64,000 bases of DNA from an uncultured Thiomicrospira sp. (GCA_965195345.1 OZ239628.1:896001-960000), one strand, 5' to 3'; shown: positions 1 to 11,000, counted from the first letter of the stretch. Numbers and translations are program-made. The notes: generated by a model not told the origin, from the letters alone.

Positions 1-1029
1 GATATTTACGATCTGCATATGATAATTTTCTGGATTTGTATTGCTATTGCATTACTTGTTTTCGGAATAATGGCGTATTCAATAGTTAATCATCGTAAGT
101 CCAAAGGGGTAAAAGCTTCACAATTCCACGAAAGTACAACTGTTGAATTGATTTGGACGATTGTCCCTCTTCTTATTTTGACAGCAATGGCAGTTCCAGC
201 AACTAAAGTGTTGCTTGACTTAGAAGATAGTTCAAAATCAGATATTTCTATTAAAGTGACTGGTTTTCAATGGAAATGGAAGTACGATTATGTTGATGGG
301 GAAGCAGAAGGAATTAGTTTCTTTTCAAATCTTGATGACCGATCACGTCAAGAACTAAAGGATTCTATTGATAAAGGAGTAACACCAACCTATGAGAAGT
401 ATTTGGTTGATGTGGACAATGAACTGGTTTTACCAATTAATAAAAAAGTTCGATTCCTCGTTACATCAAATGATGTGATTCATGCTTGGTGGGTTCCAGA
501 TTTAGGAGTGAAGCAAGATGCTATTCCTGGTTTTATCAATGATACGTGGGCGAAAATTGACGTACCTGGAGTGTACAGAGGAAATTGTGCAGAATTGTGT
601 GGCAAGGATCATGCCTATATGCCAATAGTTGTGCGTGCTTTACCTGAAGCAGAATATACACAGTGGGTTGCTTCAAAGAAAAATGCTGAACAAGCTGCCT
701 CGGCAAATGCAGATAAAGTATTTACCAAAGAAGAATTGATTACGAAAGGAAAAGCTATTTATGCCCGTAATTGTGCCGCATGCCATGGTGCAACTGGAGC
801 AGGCATTCCAGGTGTGTTTCCAGCAATTACAGGAGGTGCTATAGCTACTGGACCAATCGATGCGCATTTGGACATAGTTTTAAATGGTGTGGCTGGAACT
901 GCTATGCAAGCCTTTAAAGAACAATTGTCTGATGTTGATATAGCGGCAGTTATTGCTTTTCAGCGTAATGCATTGGGTAATAGTGTAGGGGATTTTTTAC
1001 AACCTTCTGAAGTGAAAGCTAAACGTTAA
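1..1029 (+). CDS. coxB: Cytochrome c oxidase subunit II with C-terminal cytochrome c domain (5' truncated by window)
   Basis: CuA motifs DVIHAWWVP and CAELCGKDHAYM; C-terminal CAACH heme motif; frame is open back to base 1 (DIYDLHM). Confidence 0.96.
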   Translation, partial: DIYDLHMIIFWICIAIALLVFGIMAYSIVNHRKSKGVKASQFHESTTVELIWTIVPLLILTAMAVPATKVLLDLEDSSKSDISIKVTGFQWKWKYDYVDGEAEGISFFSNLDDRSRQELKDSIDKGVTPTYEKYLVDVDNELVLPINKKVRFLVTSNDVIHAWWVPDLGVKQDAIPGFINDTWAKIDVPGVYRGNCAELCGKDHAYMPIVVRALPEAEYTQWVASKKNAEQAASANADKVFTKEELITKGKAIYARNCAACHGATGAGIPGVFPAITGGAIATGPIDAHLDIVLNGVAGTAMQAFKEQLSDVDIAAVIAFQRNALGNSVGDFLQPSEVKAKR

Positions 1030-1068
1030 TAGAAACGTTAAAGAACCTTTAAATCTAAGGAGAAAACA

Positions 1069-2685
1069 ATGGCAACAATATCATCACCTAGTAAACATCA
1101 TGTACATCACGGACCAGACAAAGGACTGATGCGCTGGGTCAGGACAACGAACCACAAAGACATTGGGACTTTGTACATGTGGTTTTCTTTTCTTATGCTG
1201 CTAACTGGTGGATTTCTTGCCATGATTATTCGTGCTGAGTTATGGGCTCCTGGTCTGCAAGTAGTTGATCCACAATTTTTCAATTCACTAACTACTATGC
1301 ATGGTTTGATCATGGTTTTTGGTGCGATTATGCCTGCTTTTGTAGGTTTGGCTAATTGGCAAATACCCTTAATGGTTGGTGCGCCAGACATGGCTTTGCC
1401 TCGGTTGAATAACTGGAGCTTTTGGATTTTACCGTTTGCCGCAATGATGTTGATTAGCACTTTCTTTATGGACGGTGGTGCACCAGCTTCAGGCTGGACA
1501 ATGTACGCCCCTCTTTCAACGACTTATGGTACTCCAAGCGTTGACTATATGATATTCGCCATTCATTTATTAGGTTTTTCTTCTATCATGGGTTCCATCA
1601 ATATCATTGCTACCATTCTTAATATGCGTGCTCCTACTATGCGTTTAATGGATATGCCTTTGTTTGTGTGGACGTGGTTGATTACTGCATTTTTGCTCAT
1701 CGCAGTTATGCCTGTTCTTGCGGGTACTGTAACGATGATGCTAACCGATCGTAATTTTGGAACCAGTTTTTTTGATGCGGCTGGTGGTGGTGATCCAGTA
1801 ATGTTTCAACATATATTTTGGTTTTTTGGACACCCTGAAGTATATATTATGATATTACCTGCTTTTGGCGTTGTTTCTCAAATCATCCCAACATTTGCAC
1901 GTAAACCTCTGTTTGGATATAGCTCTATGGTGTATGCGACAGCATCGATTGCTATATTATCTTTTCTTGTTTGGGCTCATCATATGTTCTTAGTGGGAAT
2001 GCCTGTTGCAGGACAGCTTTATTTTATGTATGCTACTATTTTGATTTCAGTACCAACAGGCGTTAAGGTATTCAATTGGATTGCCACAATGTGGAAGGGA
2101 GCGATGACTTTTGAAGTGCCGATGTTGTGGGCAATATCTTTCGTTGTACTCTTTACAATTGGTGGACTTTCTGGACTGATGCTAGGAGTAGTACCTGCCG
2201 ATATTCAATATCATGACACCTACTTTGTAGTAGCGCATTTTCATTACGTATTGGTTACGGGTGCATTATGGTCAATTATTGCTGGAGTCTTTTACTGGTT
2301 TCCAAAATGGACAGGGCGTATGTACAATGAGACCTTAGCCAAAATTCATTTTTGGTGGGCATTGGTTTCAGTTAATGTGTTATTTTTCCCTCAACATTTT
2401 CTTGGATTAGCTGGGATGCCACGTCGTTATGCAGACTACTCTATTCAATTTACGGATATGAACGCACTCTCTTCTTTCGGGGCGTTCGCATTTGGTGCTT
2501 CATTCATTTTGCTGACGTACATTATTATAGACGGTATTGTGCGTGGAAAAAAAGTCAACGACCCTCAAGTTTGGGGCGATCATGCGAAGACATTAGAGTG
2601 GCAAGTTGCTACTCCTGCTCCTTATCATACCTACGAAACACCACCAAGTGCTGAGTTGGTAAAAGTCTCTTCACAAAATGGCTAA
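1069..2685 (+). CDS. coxA: Cytochrome c oxidase subunit I
   Basis: TTNHKDIGTLY, WFFGHPEVY, VWAHH and VVAHFHYV motifs; AGGAG RBS. Confidence 0.98.
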   Translation: MATISSPSKHHVHHGPDKGLMRWVRTTNHKDIGTLYMWFSFLMLLTGGFLAMIIRAELWAPGLQVVDPQFFNSLTTMHGLIMVFGAIMPAFVGLANWQIPLMVGAPDMALPRLNNWSFWILPFAAMMLISTFFMDGGAPASGWTMYAPLSTTYGTPSVDYMIFAIHLLGFSSIMGSINIIATILNMRAPTMRLMDMPLFVWTWLITAFLLIAVMPVLAGTVTMMLTDRNFGTSFFDAAGGGDPVMFQHIFWFFGHPEVYIMILPAFGVVSQIIPTFARKPLFGYSSMVYATASIAILSFLVWAHHMFLVGMPVAGQLYFMYATILISVPTGVKVFNWIATMWKGAMTFEVPMLWAISFVVLFTIGGLSGLMLGVVPADIQYHDTYFVVAHFHYVLVTGALWSIIAGVFYWFPKWTGRMYNETLAKIHFWWALVSVNVLFFPQHFLGLAGMPRRYADYSIQFTDMNALSSFGAFAFGASFILLTYIIIDGIVRGKKVNDPQVWGDHAKTLEWQVATPAPYHTYETPPSAELVKVSSQNG

Positions 2686-2782
2686 GAGGAACAACCGTGG
2701 AGTGTGGATAACTTTCTTTGTATTGTTGGCGATATCAGTTGGCATATTTGCATATACTATAATGCACGGAGTTACTGTATAA
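2678..2782 (+). CDS. 34-aa single-TM cytochrome oxidase small protein (not in ORF track)
   Basis: Read by hand: MAKRNNRGVWITFFVLLAISVGIFAYTIMHGVTV*; overlaps the coxA stop and its TAA abuts the ctaG ATG. Confidence 0.75.
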   Translation: MAKRNNRGVWITFFVLLAISVGIFAYTIMHGVTV

Positions 2783-3382
2783 ATGGACGGTCAAAAAAAT
2801 AAACTGGCATTAAAACTATTGGTTATTCCAATATTGATGTTTGGTTTTGCTTTCTTATTAGTTCCTTTGTATGACGTGTTATGTGAGGTGACAGGATTGA
2901 ATGGACGTTCCTCCAGTTTGACCGAAGCGAGTGATGAGCAGTTTAAGGTTGCTACAGAACGAAGCATAAAAGTAAAATTTCTGTCAAGTGTAGCAACGGG
3001 TTTCCCAGTCAATTTCTATCCAAAGCAATCGACGATCGAAATGCACCCTGGTCAAGTTGTAACGGTTTACTATATTGCTGAAAATCGATCGGATGAAGTT
3101 CAATATGGCCAAGCAATTCCTAGTGTTGCTCCTGAGTCTGGGGCCTCTTGGTTGAAAAAAGTAGAATGTTTTTGTTTTAACGAACAGCAGTTTGCAGCTA
3201 GAGATAGGGTTGAAATGCCCGTTCAACTGGTAATTGATCCAGAAATTGATGCAGATATAGAGGAATTGACTTTATCTTATACATTTTTCCCGAAAAAAAA
3301 CGTTGATAAAAAGACCCCCGAAAATGAAAGTGTTATCAGAACGCATTCAGACAAGGGTATAAAAGAATATAAAAGAGAATAA
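2783..3382 (+). CDS. ctaG: Cytochrome c oxidase copper chaperone CtaG/Cox11
   Basis: VPLYDVLCEVTG and KVECFCF motifs; cox operon position. Confidence 0.95.
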   Translation: MDGQKNKLALKLLVIPILMFGFAFLLVPLYDVLCEVTGLNGRSSSLTEASDEQFKVATERSIKVKFLSSVATGFPVNFYPKQSTIEMHPGQVVTVYYIAENRSDEVQYGQAIPSVAPESGASWLKKVECFCFNEQQFAARDRVEMPVQLVIDPEIDADIEELTLSYTFFPKKNVDKKTPENESVIRTHSDKGIKEYKRE

Positions 3383-3414
3383 AATATAACCACCTGAGAT
3401 TGAAAGGAGAAAAA

Positions 3415-4290
3415 ATGGCTAATAATCCAAATGCTTATTACGTACCACATGGCACCAATTGGCCGATCATAGGTTCTATTGGACTTGCTGTGATGCTGGG
3501 CGGTTTTGCTAGTTTTTTGCATGGCTCTTCATTCGGATCTCCTATGATGATCATTGGATTAGCAACCGTATTAGTCATGATGTTCGGTTGGTTTTCTCAA
3601 GTTATCTCTGAGTCACAAAAAGGCAAATACAATGCACAAGTAGATATGTCCTTTAGGTGGGCGATGGGCTGGTTTATTTTTTCTGAAGTTATGTTTTTTG
3701 CAGCCTTCTTTGGTGCATTATTCTATGCGCGAGTCTTATCAGTACCATGGCTTGGAGGAGAAGACACTGGCGCACTAACAGCACAATTTCTTTGGCCAGA
3801 ATTTAAAGCTACATGGCCATTGCTGGAAATGCCAGATACTACAAAGTATGTGGTGCCTAATGGAGTCATTCCAGCCTTTCAAATTCCGCTTTTAAATACT
3901 CTTTTGTTATTATCATCAGGTGTAACTATTACTTGGGCACATCATGCGCTCAAAGCTGGTAATAGAAAACATTTGATTATGGGTATGTGGGCAACGGTCG
4001 CTCTGGGTTTATTGTTTCTTGGTTTTCAAATCTATGAATATGGGCATGCGTATAGCTTTTACAATTTGAAACTCGATTCAGGCATTTACGGTTCAACATT
4101 TTTCATGTTAACAGGGTTTCACGGTTTCCATGTTACTCTGGGAACAATTATGTTAATTATTATTACTTTTAGATGCATGAGTGGACATTTCAGTAAAGAG
4201 GGGCATTTTGCTTTTGAAGCAGTCGCTTGGTATTGGCACTTTGTAGACGTTGTTTGGTTGGGATTGTTCATATTTGTCTATTGGTTATAA
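3415..4290 (+). CDS. coxC: Cytochrome c oxidase subunit III
   Basis: FIFSEVMFF, TGFHGFHV and WYWHFVDVVW motifs; ATG 3415 follows AGGAG. Confidence 0.97.
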   Translation: MANNPNAYYVPHGTNWPIIGSIGLAVMLGGFASFLHGSSFGSPMMIIGLATVLVMMFGWFSQVISESQKGKYNAQVDMSFRWAMGWFIFSEVMFFAAFFGALFYARVLSVPWLGGEDTGALTAQFLWPEFKATWPLLEMPDTTKYVVPNGVIPAFQIPLLNTLLLLSSGVTITWAHHALKAGNRKHLIMGMWATVALGLLFLGFQIYEYGHAYSFYNLKLDSGIYGSTFFMLTGFHGFHVTLGTIMLIIITFRCMSGHFSKEGHFAFEAVAWYWHFVDVVWLGLFIFVYWL

Positions 4291-4307
4291 TATTCTTCCG
4301 ATTTTTT

Positions 4308-4343
4308 AAATAAAAAAGCCCGAAGCTACGGGCTTTTTTATTT
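4308..4343 (+). terminator. Rho-independent terminator of cox operon
   Basis: AAATAAAAAAGCCCG-aagcta-CGGGCTTTTTTATTT perfect inverted repeat with T tract. Confidence 0.9.
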
Positions 4344-4363
4344 CAGAGTAAAATGCAACGTCT

Positions 4364-6034
4364 ATGAACATTCATCTTAAACAAGAAGTAAAAACCAAAT
4401 ACGGCATTGTAGAGCTCACTATCTCTGTTGAAAGTGATCAGGCTATTGCTGATATTCGATTAGGCGATCGCTTTGTTTCAGAATTGAGGCAAGCATACGA
4501 TGCAACATTGCCGAATAAACCACAAATTCAAGGACTCAAGAAAAAAGCGTTAGAAGCGATTGAGCGTGAAGAAAATATACGTCGTCGTTTGAAACTATGT
4601 GCTTTACGAACAACTGGTATTGCGTATCCTAATACATTCAAACCTCAAAATAATTGCGCTGAAATTTATTCCAATTGGTCAGAACTGGATGGGGAAGAAT
4701 TAGAGAAGAAAAATATTACTGTTTCGATTGCTGGCCGTTTATTTGGTCAACGTGTAATGGGCAAGGCGGCGTTTGCAGAGTTGAGAGATTACCATAAGAA
4801 TATTCAATTATATTTAAATCGAGATAATTTGCCCCAAGAACAATACAGTACTTTCAAGCAAATGGACATCGGTGATATCATTGGTGTGGAGGGGACGCTT
4901 TTTCGAACTGAAACAGGTATGCTAAGTATTTCAATTACGCATATTGAATTATTGGCGAAAGCATTAAACCCATTACCAGATAAATATCATGGATTGCAAG
5001 ATATAGAACAACGCTATCGTCAACGCTACGTTGACCTTATTGTTAATGACAAAGCAGCAATGGTGTTCAAAAAACGCAGCGAAATAATCATGTTTATACG
5101 TAATTATTTCATAGGGAGAGATTATTTGGAAGTAGAGACACCGATGATGCACTCCATTCTAGGGGGCGCAGCTGCGAAACCATTTACTACACACCATAAT
5201 GCGTTGGATATGGATTTATACTTGCGTATTGCCCCAGAACTTTATCTTAAACGATTGATAGTGGGGGGATTTAATCGAGTTTTTGAAATAAATCGTAATT
5301 TTAGGAACGAAGGATTATCCACTAAACACAATCCTGAATTCACGATGCTCGAGTTTTACCAAGCTTATGCAACCTATGAGGATTTCATGGAGTTGACTGA
5401 AAATCTCTTTAGGGCGTTAGCTAACAATATTTTTAATTGCCAACAGATAGTATGGCAAGAACACGTCCTTGATTTTTCTAAGCCATTCAAGAAAATATCT
5501 ATGCGTGATGCAATCATTGAAAATTACACTGAATTGAATAAAGACAATGTTGATGATAGATCTGAGCTGATTCAAGTGATGAATTCTTATAAATTGGCAA
5601 CGAAAGAAGAATGGGGTGTTGGTAAGCTGCAAACCGAATTGTTCGAAGCGCGTGTTGAAGAGCAATTATTACAGCCTACTTTCATTACGCAGTACCCTAT
5701 TGAAATATCACCACTTTCACGCAGGAATGACAAAGAATCAAACATAACCGATCGTTTTGAATTGTTTATAGGTGGTCGTGAAATTGCCAATGGTTTTTCT
5801 GAGCTTAATGATCCTGAAGATCAGTCTCAGCGGTTTAAGGAGCAAGTGGAATCAAAGAAAAGTGGGGATGACGAAGCGATGGAATACGACTCGGACTATA
5901 TTAATGCATTGGAATACGGTATGCCACCAACAGCGGGTGAAGGGATAGGAATTGATCGCTTGGTTATGCTATTTACTGATACAGCTTCCATTAGAGATGT
6001 ATTATTGTTTCCTCTCATGCGTCCAAGCGGATAA
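4364..6034 (+). CDS. lysS: Lysine--tRNA ligase (class II) with N-terminal extension
   Basis: [27 protein letters not shown]...HNPEF and [15 protein letters not shown] motifs. Confidence 0.97.
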   Translation: MNIHLKQEVKTKYGIVELTISVESDQAIADIRLGDRFVSELRQAYDATLPNKPQIQGLKKKALEAIEREENIRRRLKLCALRTTGIAYPNTFKPQNNCAEIYSNWSELDGEELEKKNITVSIAGRLFGQRVMGKAAFAELRDYHKNIQLYLNRDNLPQEQYSTFKQMDIGDIIGVEGTLFRTETGMLSISITHIELLAKALNPLPDKYHGLQDIEQRYRQRYVDLIVNDKAAMVFKKRSEIIMFIRNYFIGRDYLEVETPMMHSILGGAAAKPFTTHHNALDMDLYLRIAPELYLKRLIVGGFNRVFEINRNFRNEGLSTKHNPEFTMLEFYQAYATYEDFMELTENLFRALANNIFNCQQIVWQEHVLDFSKPFKKISMRDAIIENYTELNKDNVDDRSELIQVMNSYKLATKEEWGVGKLQTELFEARVEEQLLQPTFITQYPIEISPLSRRNDKESNITDRFELFIGGREIANGFSELNDPEDQSQRFKEQVESKKSGDDEAMEYDSDYINALEYGMPPTAGEGIGIDRLVMLFTDTASIRDVLLFPLMRPSG

Positions 6035-6056
6035 ATTTAGAAAATCAAGGAGAAAT

Positions 6057-6830
6057 ATGGGATTCTTAAAAAATAAAAAAGCATTAGTCATCGGAGTAGC
6101 AAATGATAAGTCAATTGCTACAGGGATTGCCAAAGCGCTGCATCGTGAAGGTGCAGAACTCTGTTTGACATACCAAACTGAAAAATTACAATCGCGCGTT
6201 GAAAAGTTGGCAAATCAGCTTGACACGACATTTGTACTACCATTGGATGTGACAAAAGAGGATGAGATGCAAGGCGTTCATGATGCCATTGCCAAACGTT
6301 GGGGACAGGTTGACATTGTCGTTCATGCGGTTGCATTTGCTCCTAGAGAAGAATTAGAAGGAAATTATCTTGAAGTAGGTACTCGTGAAGGCTTTCAAAT
6401 GGCACATGATATAAGTGCTTGGAGTTTTGTCAGTCTTGGGAAAAGCCTTAAACCACTTATGAAAGAAAATTCAGCGATGTTGACTTTGACATACCTTGGG
6501 GCAGTACGTGCTATCCCTAATTATAATGTCATGGGAATCGCTAAAGCAAGCCTTGAAGCAGCAACACGATATATGGCGAGCGCTGCTGGAGAAGATGGAA
6601 TACGTGTCAATGCTATTTCAGCAGGACCTATACGTACGCTTGCAGCCAGTGGCATAAAAAACTTTCGTGAATTACAAAGTAAATCTGCTTCAGTTACTCC
6701 TCTAAGACGTTGTGTAACTATTGATGAAGTGGGCAATGCTGCGGCATTTTTATGCTCTGACTTGGCTTCGGGCATTACGGGAGAGATACTTTATGTTGAC
6801 GGAGGATACAATATTGTTAGTAGTGCATGA
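6057..6830 (+). CDS. fabI: Enoyl-ACP reductase FabI
   Basis: GVANDKSIA, YNVMGIAKASLE and AGPIRTLAASGI motifs; ATG 6057 after AGGAG. Confidence 0.96.
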   Translation: MGFLKNKKALVIGVANDKSIATGIAKALHREGAELCLTYQTEKLQSRVEKLANQLDTTFVLPLDVTKEDEMQGVHDAIAKRWGQVDIVVHAVAFAPREELEGNYLEVGTREGFQMAHDISAWSFVSLGKSLKPLMKENSAMLTLTYLGAVRAIPNYNVMGIAKASLEAATRYMASAAGEDGIRVNAISAGPIRTLAASGIKNFRELQSKSASVTPLRRCVTIDEVGNAAAFLCSDLASGITGEILYVDGGYNIVSSA

Positions 6831-7538
6831 ATGAGTAGTGAAAAAAAAGCCTTTGATGCTTGGCAGTGGTTATTGAGGCAACGTTCTGGGCGTATACTTA
6901 TGCTTTGGGAACGTAGGCGTTTAGTTGAGTTATTGAAGCAAACGGGCGCACAAACAATTTTGCAGATTGGCAAATGCTCTTTGTCTTTTCCTAAAATTGC
7001 TTTACCCTTTTCCACTATTGTCAGGTTGTCGTCGTTCGAAAATGTTAAGAACTTTGATGTTTTCAGCAGTGTGCAACAGTGTGGCATCGAAAACCAATCG
7101 TTTCAAGTAATCATATTACAGCATACGCTTGATTGGGCGGATGATCCTAAAAAAATATTTGATGAAGTGTGGCGCATTTTGCAACCGAACGGGTTGTGCT
7201 TTATTCTCATTAGTAATAGATCTTGGTTTGCACAAAAAATACTTGGAGATAAAAATTATCGAAGCAGTTTGAAAGACTTGCAAAAAATTCATAGGAAAGA
7301 TTTGCGCCAGTATTGGTTAGATAAAGGTTTTTTTGAAATATACAAGCAAGGGATACTCGGCATGATGGTTTGGAGGATGCGTTATTTTAATGTATTCGCT
7401 TTTTTGGGGCTAACACAGTTGATTGTTCTGAAAAAAGAATTGGTTGGAGTAAGAATGAAGTCAGTGACAGGTAAGGTGAAAATAATGGGTTTAGCGCCTA
7501 CACAAGTGGCTCGTAGCAGCAACTCAGATGTTGCTTGA
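6831..7538 (+). CDS. Class I SAM-dependent methyltransferase-like protein (YafS-like)
   Basis: ILQHTLDWADDPKKIFDEVWRILQPNG motif; conserved position upstream of rnhA. Confidence 0.7.
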   Translation: MSSEKKAFDAWQWLLRQRSGRILMLWERRRLVELLKQTGAQTILQIGKCSLSFPKIALPFSTIVRLSSFENVKNFDVFSSVQQCGIENQSFQVIILQHTLDWADDPKKIFDEVWRILQPNGLCFILISNRSWFAQKILGDKNYRSSLKDLQKIHRKDLRQYWLDKGFFEIYKQGILGMMVWRMRYFNVFAFLGLTQLIVLKKELVGVRMKSVTGKVKIMGLAPTQVARSSNSDVA

Positions 7539-7580
7539 TTTTCAATTGATGGTTCTTTGAAATTCCTTACTAAAATTCGT

Positions 7581-8021
7581 ATGAAAAGCGTAATAATATA
7601 TTCTGACGGAGGTTGTCGAGGAAATCCTGGTATTGGAGGTTGGGGAGCATTACTTTTTCATGGAAAGACAGAAAAATCATTAAGTGGACATGCATTGAAT
7701 ACAACAAACAACCGCATGGAATTGACTGCTGCTATTGCAGCGTTGGAGTGTTTAAAAGAACCGTGCGAGGTTAAAGTTGTAACTGACTCTAAATATGTAT
7801 GTCAAGGTGCACTTGAATGGTTGCCTAACTGGAAAGCCAAAAATTGGAAAACAGCCAATAAAAATCCTGTGAAAAATCAAGATTTGTGGGAAAAAATTGA
7901 CAATCAATTAAATATTCATAAAGTTTCTTTTGAATGGGTAAAGGGGCATGCGGGACATCCAGAGAATGAACGCGTTGATGCACTTGCCAATGCTGAAATG
8001 GATTTGATTGCACAAAAGTAA
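7581..8021 (+). CDS. rnhA: Ribonuclease HI
   Basis: [23 protein letters not shown] and [15 protein letters not shown] motifs. Confidence 0.97.
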   Translation: MKSVIIYSDGGCRGNPGIGGWGALLFHGKTEKSLSGHALNTTNNRMELTAAIAALECLKEPCEVKVVTDSKYVCQGALEWLPNWKAKNWKTANKNPVKNQDLWEKIDNQLNIHKVSFEWVKGHAGHPENERVDALANAEMDLIAQK

Positions 8022-8023
8022 AA

Positions 8024-10312
8024 ATGATATCCTACCTTGCTAAATTTATAAATCCCTCACAGACAAATGCTCAATTGGCTTTTGCATTGTGTCTGGGTGT
8101 TTTTGCTGGCTTGTTACCGTTTCCTTTCTGGCTCTTCATTTTAATATTGTATGTGGCGATGCGAGTGCATACGCTTTTTTTTGCTTTGGCATGGTTGATG
8201 ACAGGATTTATCACTTTGCTTTTACGCCCGTTATCTGATTACTTAGGGTATCAGATTTTGCTCAATGCCGATTTTCTTGACTTTTTTACACATGCTTATA
8301 ATAGTGCTTTATGGAGAACAACACATTTTGATGACACCGTTGTAGCAGGGAATATGTTCATTGCATTAATTTTTGCAATGGCAGGTTGCGTAATAGTTTA
8401 TGTGTTGATATACAAGTATCGATCAATTCTTTATAGCCGTTTTACGGAAACAAAATTTGGTGAGAAAATACTTTCCTCGATTTTTGCTGAATGGTTTAAA
8501 GAGAGGACGGAACCTATTGAGAGGGTAAATTTACTTTCTAAAAAAAGACTGATAACTATTGTAAGTGTTTTTGTACTTATTTTATTCATGTGGTCTTTTG
8601 TTGTGCCATACTATTTAAAGAACCAAATTAACGCGCGATTAAGTATGCAATGGGGTGCTCCTGTTAATATATCAGATATCTCAATTTCATTATTTCCAAT
8701 AAAAATTCATGTTCAAAATATTAGCATTGCAGATTTATACGATAATCGTTTCAATCGTGTGGAAGCATCTGATATTACGATTATATTTAATGCACTGGAC
8801 TTGATAGCTGAACGCTTGGTCATAGAGGAGTTGACGTTGAAAGGTTTGTATTTTGATAGAAAGCGTACTGTGCCATATCAACAGAAAAGCACATCACTTT
8901 CTTTGAGTGGAAAAAAGAAAAAAGGCGAAAATGACCTTAATATATTGTTGACAAAGGAACCTGACTTTGAAAAATTATTGTCCCATCACTCCCTTCCTAT
9001 GACGCAAGAAATTGAAATGTTAGAGGAGCGTCTAGAGGGTGAAGAAAAAGAAATATCTGTTCGAGAAAACATAGTTAATGCTTTGTTAAATGTGGAGTAT
9101 TATAGAAAACAGATAGAAGTCCTCAGAGGGAATGGATTGCGAAATATGCAAGACTTTAATGAATTGCGCAAAGAACTTTTTAAAATTCGAAATCACATTA
9201 ACAACGATCAACGTATTGTTATAAAGGCAACAGATTGGGTAAATCGTCAAATAACCTCAATCAAAGACGATTTGACGGCTTTGGATAAAACGGTAGATGG
9301 TGATGCAAATGCCCTTTTGAAATTATATGAATATGATAAAGGGCGGCTTCAAAATATTGCTAAACTGCTGTATGAAGATGAGATGTTTAATTACTTTCAT
9401 CAGGCACAAGAGTGGATAGAAGACGTCACCATAACAATAAGCAAATGGAAAGAAAAGAAAGAAGATACTGGTTACCAGTACCAAGGGCGTAAAATTTTAT
9501 TTCAAGAAGACGATCCGCAACCTGCATTTAATATTAAGCATTTAATTGTTGATACACAAGTGGGGGATAAAAAATGGGTAGTTAAAGGTGAGGATTTACA
9601 CTTTGAGAAATTTCTTAACAAAAAAGCCATGCTTACTATTACAGAAAAAAACACCACCAGCCCGATTCGTATCATAGGCAGTGTGAATTACAATCAATCT
9701 GGTGCAATTTCTTTTGAATGGGATCTTGAAGAACGAATGGTGCCCGTTAACCAACGTACGTTATTAAATGCGGTGCATTTCCCAATAATTATTGGGAGTG
9801 CAATTGAATCGATAAAGGGGACGCTTTCTATTTCGCACGATCGTATCCTAAATGGACGATTACAGTTGGATTATAGAGACGTAGTGTGGGATACTCGTAA
9901 ATATCGCCAGCTTCCTAAAAGTGTCCAAGTAGTCAAAGCATTAAATGGGATCAAAGATTACTCTGTTATCATCACAATTTCGGGCAGTATAGAAGAACCA
10001 AGCATCGAATTTTCATCAAGCATTAACAAGGGTTTATCAATTGCTATGGATGAAACGCTTGATGAAGTGCAAAAGGAATACAAAGAAAAAATAGAAAAAT
10101 ATTTGCAGAAAGAAAAAGAAAATCAATTGCCGAGTGTAATTAATATCTTAACCTTGTTGAATATGTCAAAACAAGCATGGGTTCAAAAAAACAACAGCTT
10201 AGAGATTATTGTCAAAGAAAATTTGGAACCTATGTTCAATGAGCTCGAAGCGTTCAGAAAAAATTTTGAAACGAAACATTTAAAAAAACATCAAACGATT
10301 CAAAAAAACTGA
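8024..10312 (+). CDS. Probable fused TIGR03546/TIGR03545-family membrane protein
   Basis: N-terminal multi-TM block (QLAFALCLGVFAGLLP), then a TM anchor, an AsmA-like beta region, a coiled coil and a C-terminal beta region. Confidence 0.6.
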   Translation: MISYLAKFINPSQTNAQLAFALCLGVFAGLLPFPFWLFILILYVAMRVHTLFFALAWLMTGFITLLLRPLSDYLGYQILLNADFLDFFTHAYNSALWRTTHFDDTVVAGNMFIALIFAMAGCVIVYVLIYKYRSILYSRFTETKFGEKILSSIFAEWFKERTEPIERVNLLSKKRLITIVSVFVLILFMWSFVVPYYLKNQINARLSMQWGAPVNISDISISLFPIKIHVQNISIADLYDNRFNRVEASDITIIFNALDLIAERLVIEELTLKGLYFDRKRTVPYQQKSTSLSLSGKKKKGENDLNILLTKEPDFEKLLSHHSLPMTQEIEMLEERLEGEEKEISVRENIVNALLNVEYYRKQIEVLRGNGLRNMQDFNELRKELFKIRNHINNDQRIVIKATDWVNRQITSIKDDLTALDKTVDGDANALLKLYEYDKGRLQNIAKLLYEDEMFNYFHQAQEWIEDVTITISKWKEKKEDTGYQYQGRKILFQEDDPQPAFNIKHLIVDTQVGDKKWVVKGEDLHFEKFLNKKAMLTITEKNTTSPIRIIGSVNYNQSGAISFEWDLEERMVPVNQRTLLNAVHFPIIIGSAIESIKGTLSISHDRILNGRLQLDYRDVVWDTRKYRQLPKSVQVVKALNGIKDYSVIITISGSIEEPSIEFSSSINKGLSIAMDETLDEVQKEYKEKIEKYLQKEKENQLPSVINILTLLNMSKQAWVQKNNSLEIIVKENLEPMFNELEAFRKNFETKHLKKHQTIQKN

Positions 10313-10403
10313 AAAACATTATTAGATTTGAGAAAAAATAGCATAATGCTATTAAAAAGATTTTTTAATTTGATCGCACCATTTTAAAGCGAATTAAGAA
10401 ACT

Positions 10404-11000
10404 CTAAACTTCGGGTATTAAGAGTACAGTAACTTGCAATGGCCCATGTGCCCCCAAAATCAAAGTTTGTTCAATATCAGCTGTTCGAGAAGGACCTGAT
10501 ATAAAGATAACTTGAGAAGACATTTTATCGACAACTAGCGTGTCAAATACATCACTTAGGCGATTAACAAGTTGATTTTCTCCAACTACAGCAAAATGAT
10601 GAGCAGGTAAGATAGCAACACTTTGAGGATGGTGAGCTTGAGACTGCAAAACCAAAGTGCCTGTTGCGCAAATCCCATAACTAACGCCAGTGAGTCCATA
10701 TGCATCATTTTTTTCCGCTTGGCCAAATACAGGAGAAATTCCGACTTTTCCCCAATCAAGATATGAATAAACTTCCCACATTCTAAGTTGCGAATCACAG
10801 CCTATAATGTTTCTAATCTTTTGTGGAATCCCATCTGCCGTATTCAGCTCAACGAGATCAGTATTACTTTTCTTGCATGCATCTCTAAACATTTCAATAG
10901 GATTGGTGATAATCTTTTTTTGAACATGGGGTCTTTCAACTGGCGTTTGAATTGAGCGACTATTGCGCAGATTCTTGAGAATAATATCGCGACTAGACAT
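10404..11000 (-). CDS. lutC: Lactate utilization protein C (LUD domain)
   Basis: FISGPSRTADIEQTLILGAHGP motif. Confidence 0.92.
   Translation of the reverse strand: MSSRDIILKNLRNSRSIQTPVERPHVQKKIITNPIEMFRDACKKSNTDLVELNTADGIPQKIRNIIGCDSQLRMWEVYSYLDWGKVGISPVFGQAEKNDAYGLTGVSYGICATGTLVLQSQAHHPQSVAILPAHHFAVVGENQLVNRLSDVFDTLVVDKMSSQVIFISGPSRTADIEQTLILGAHGPLQVTVLLIPEV

Noticed and set aside
5952-6056. Extended N-termini of fabI (likewise truA, amiB, aroE, pyk and lpxK in the ORF track)
   Set aside because: They overlap upstream genes; downstream ATGs with an RBS or stop-start coupling match the family starts.
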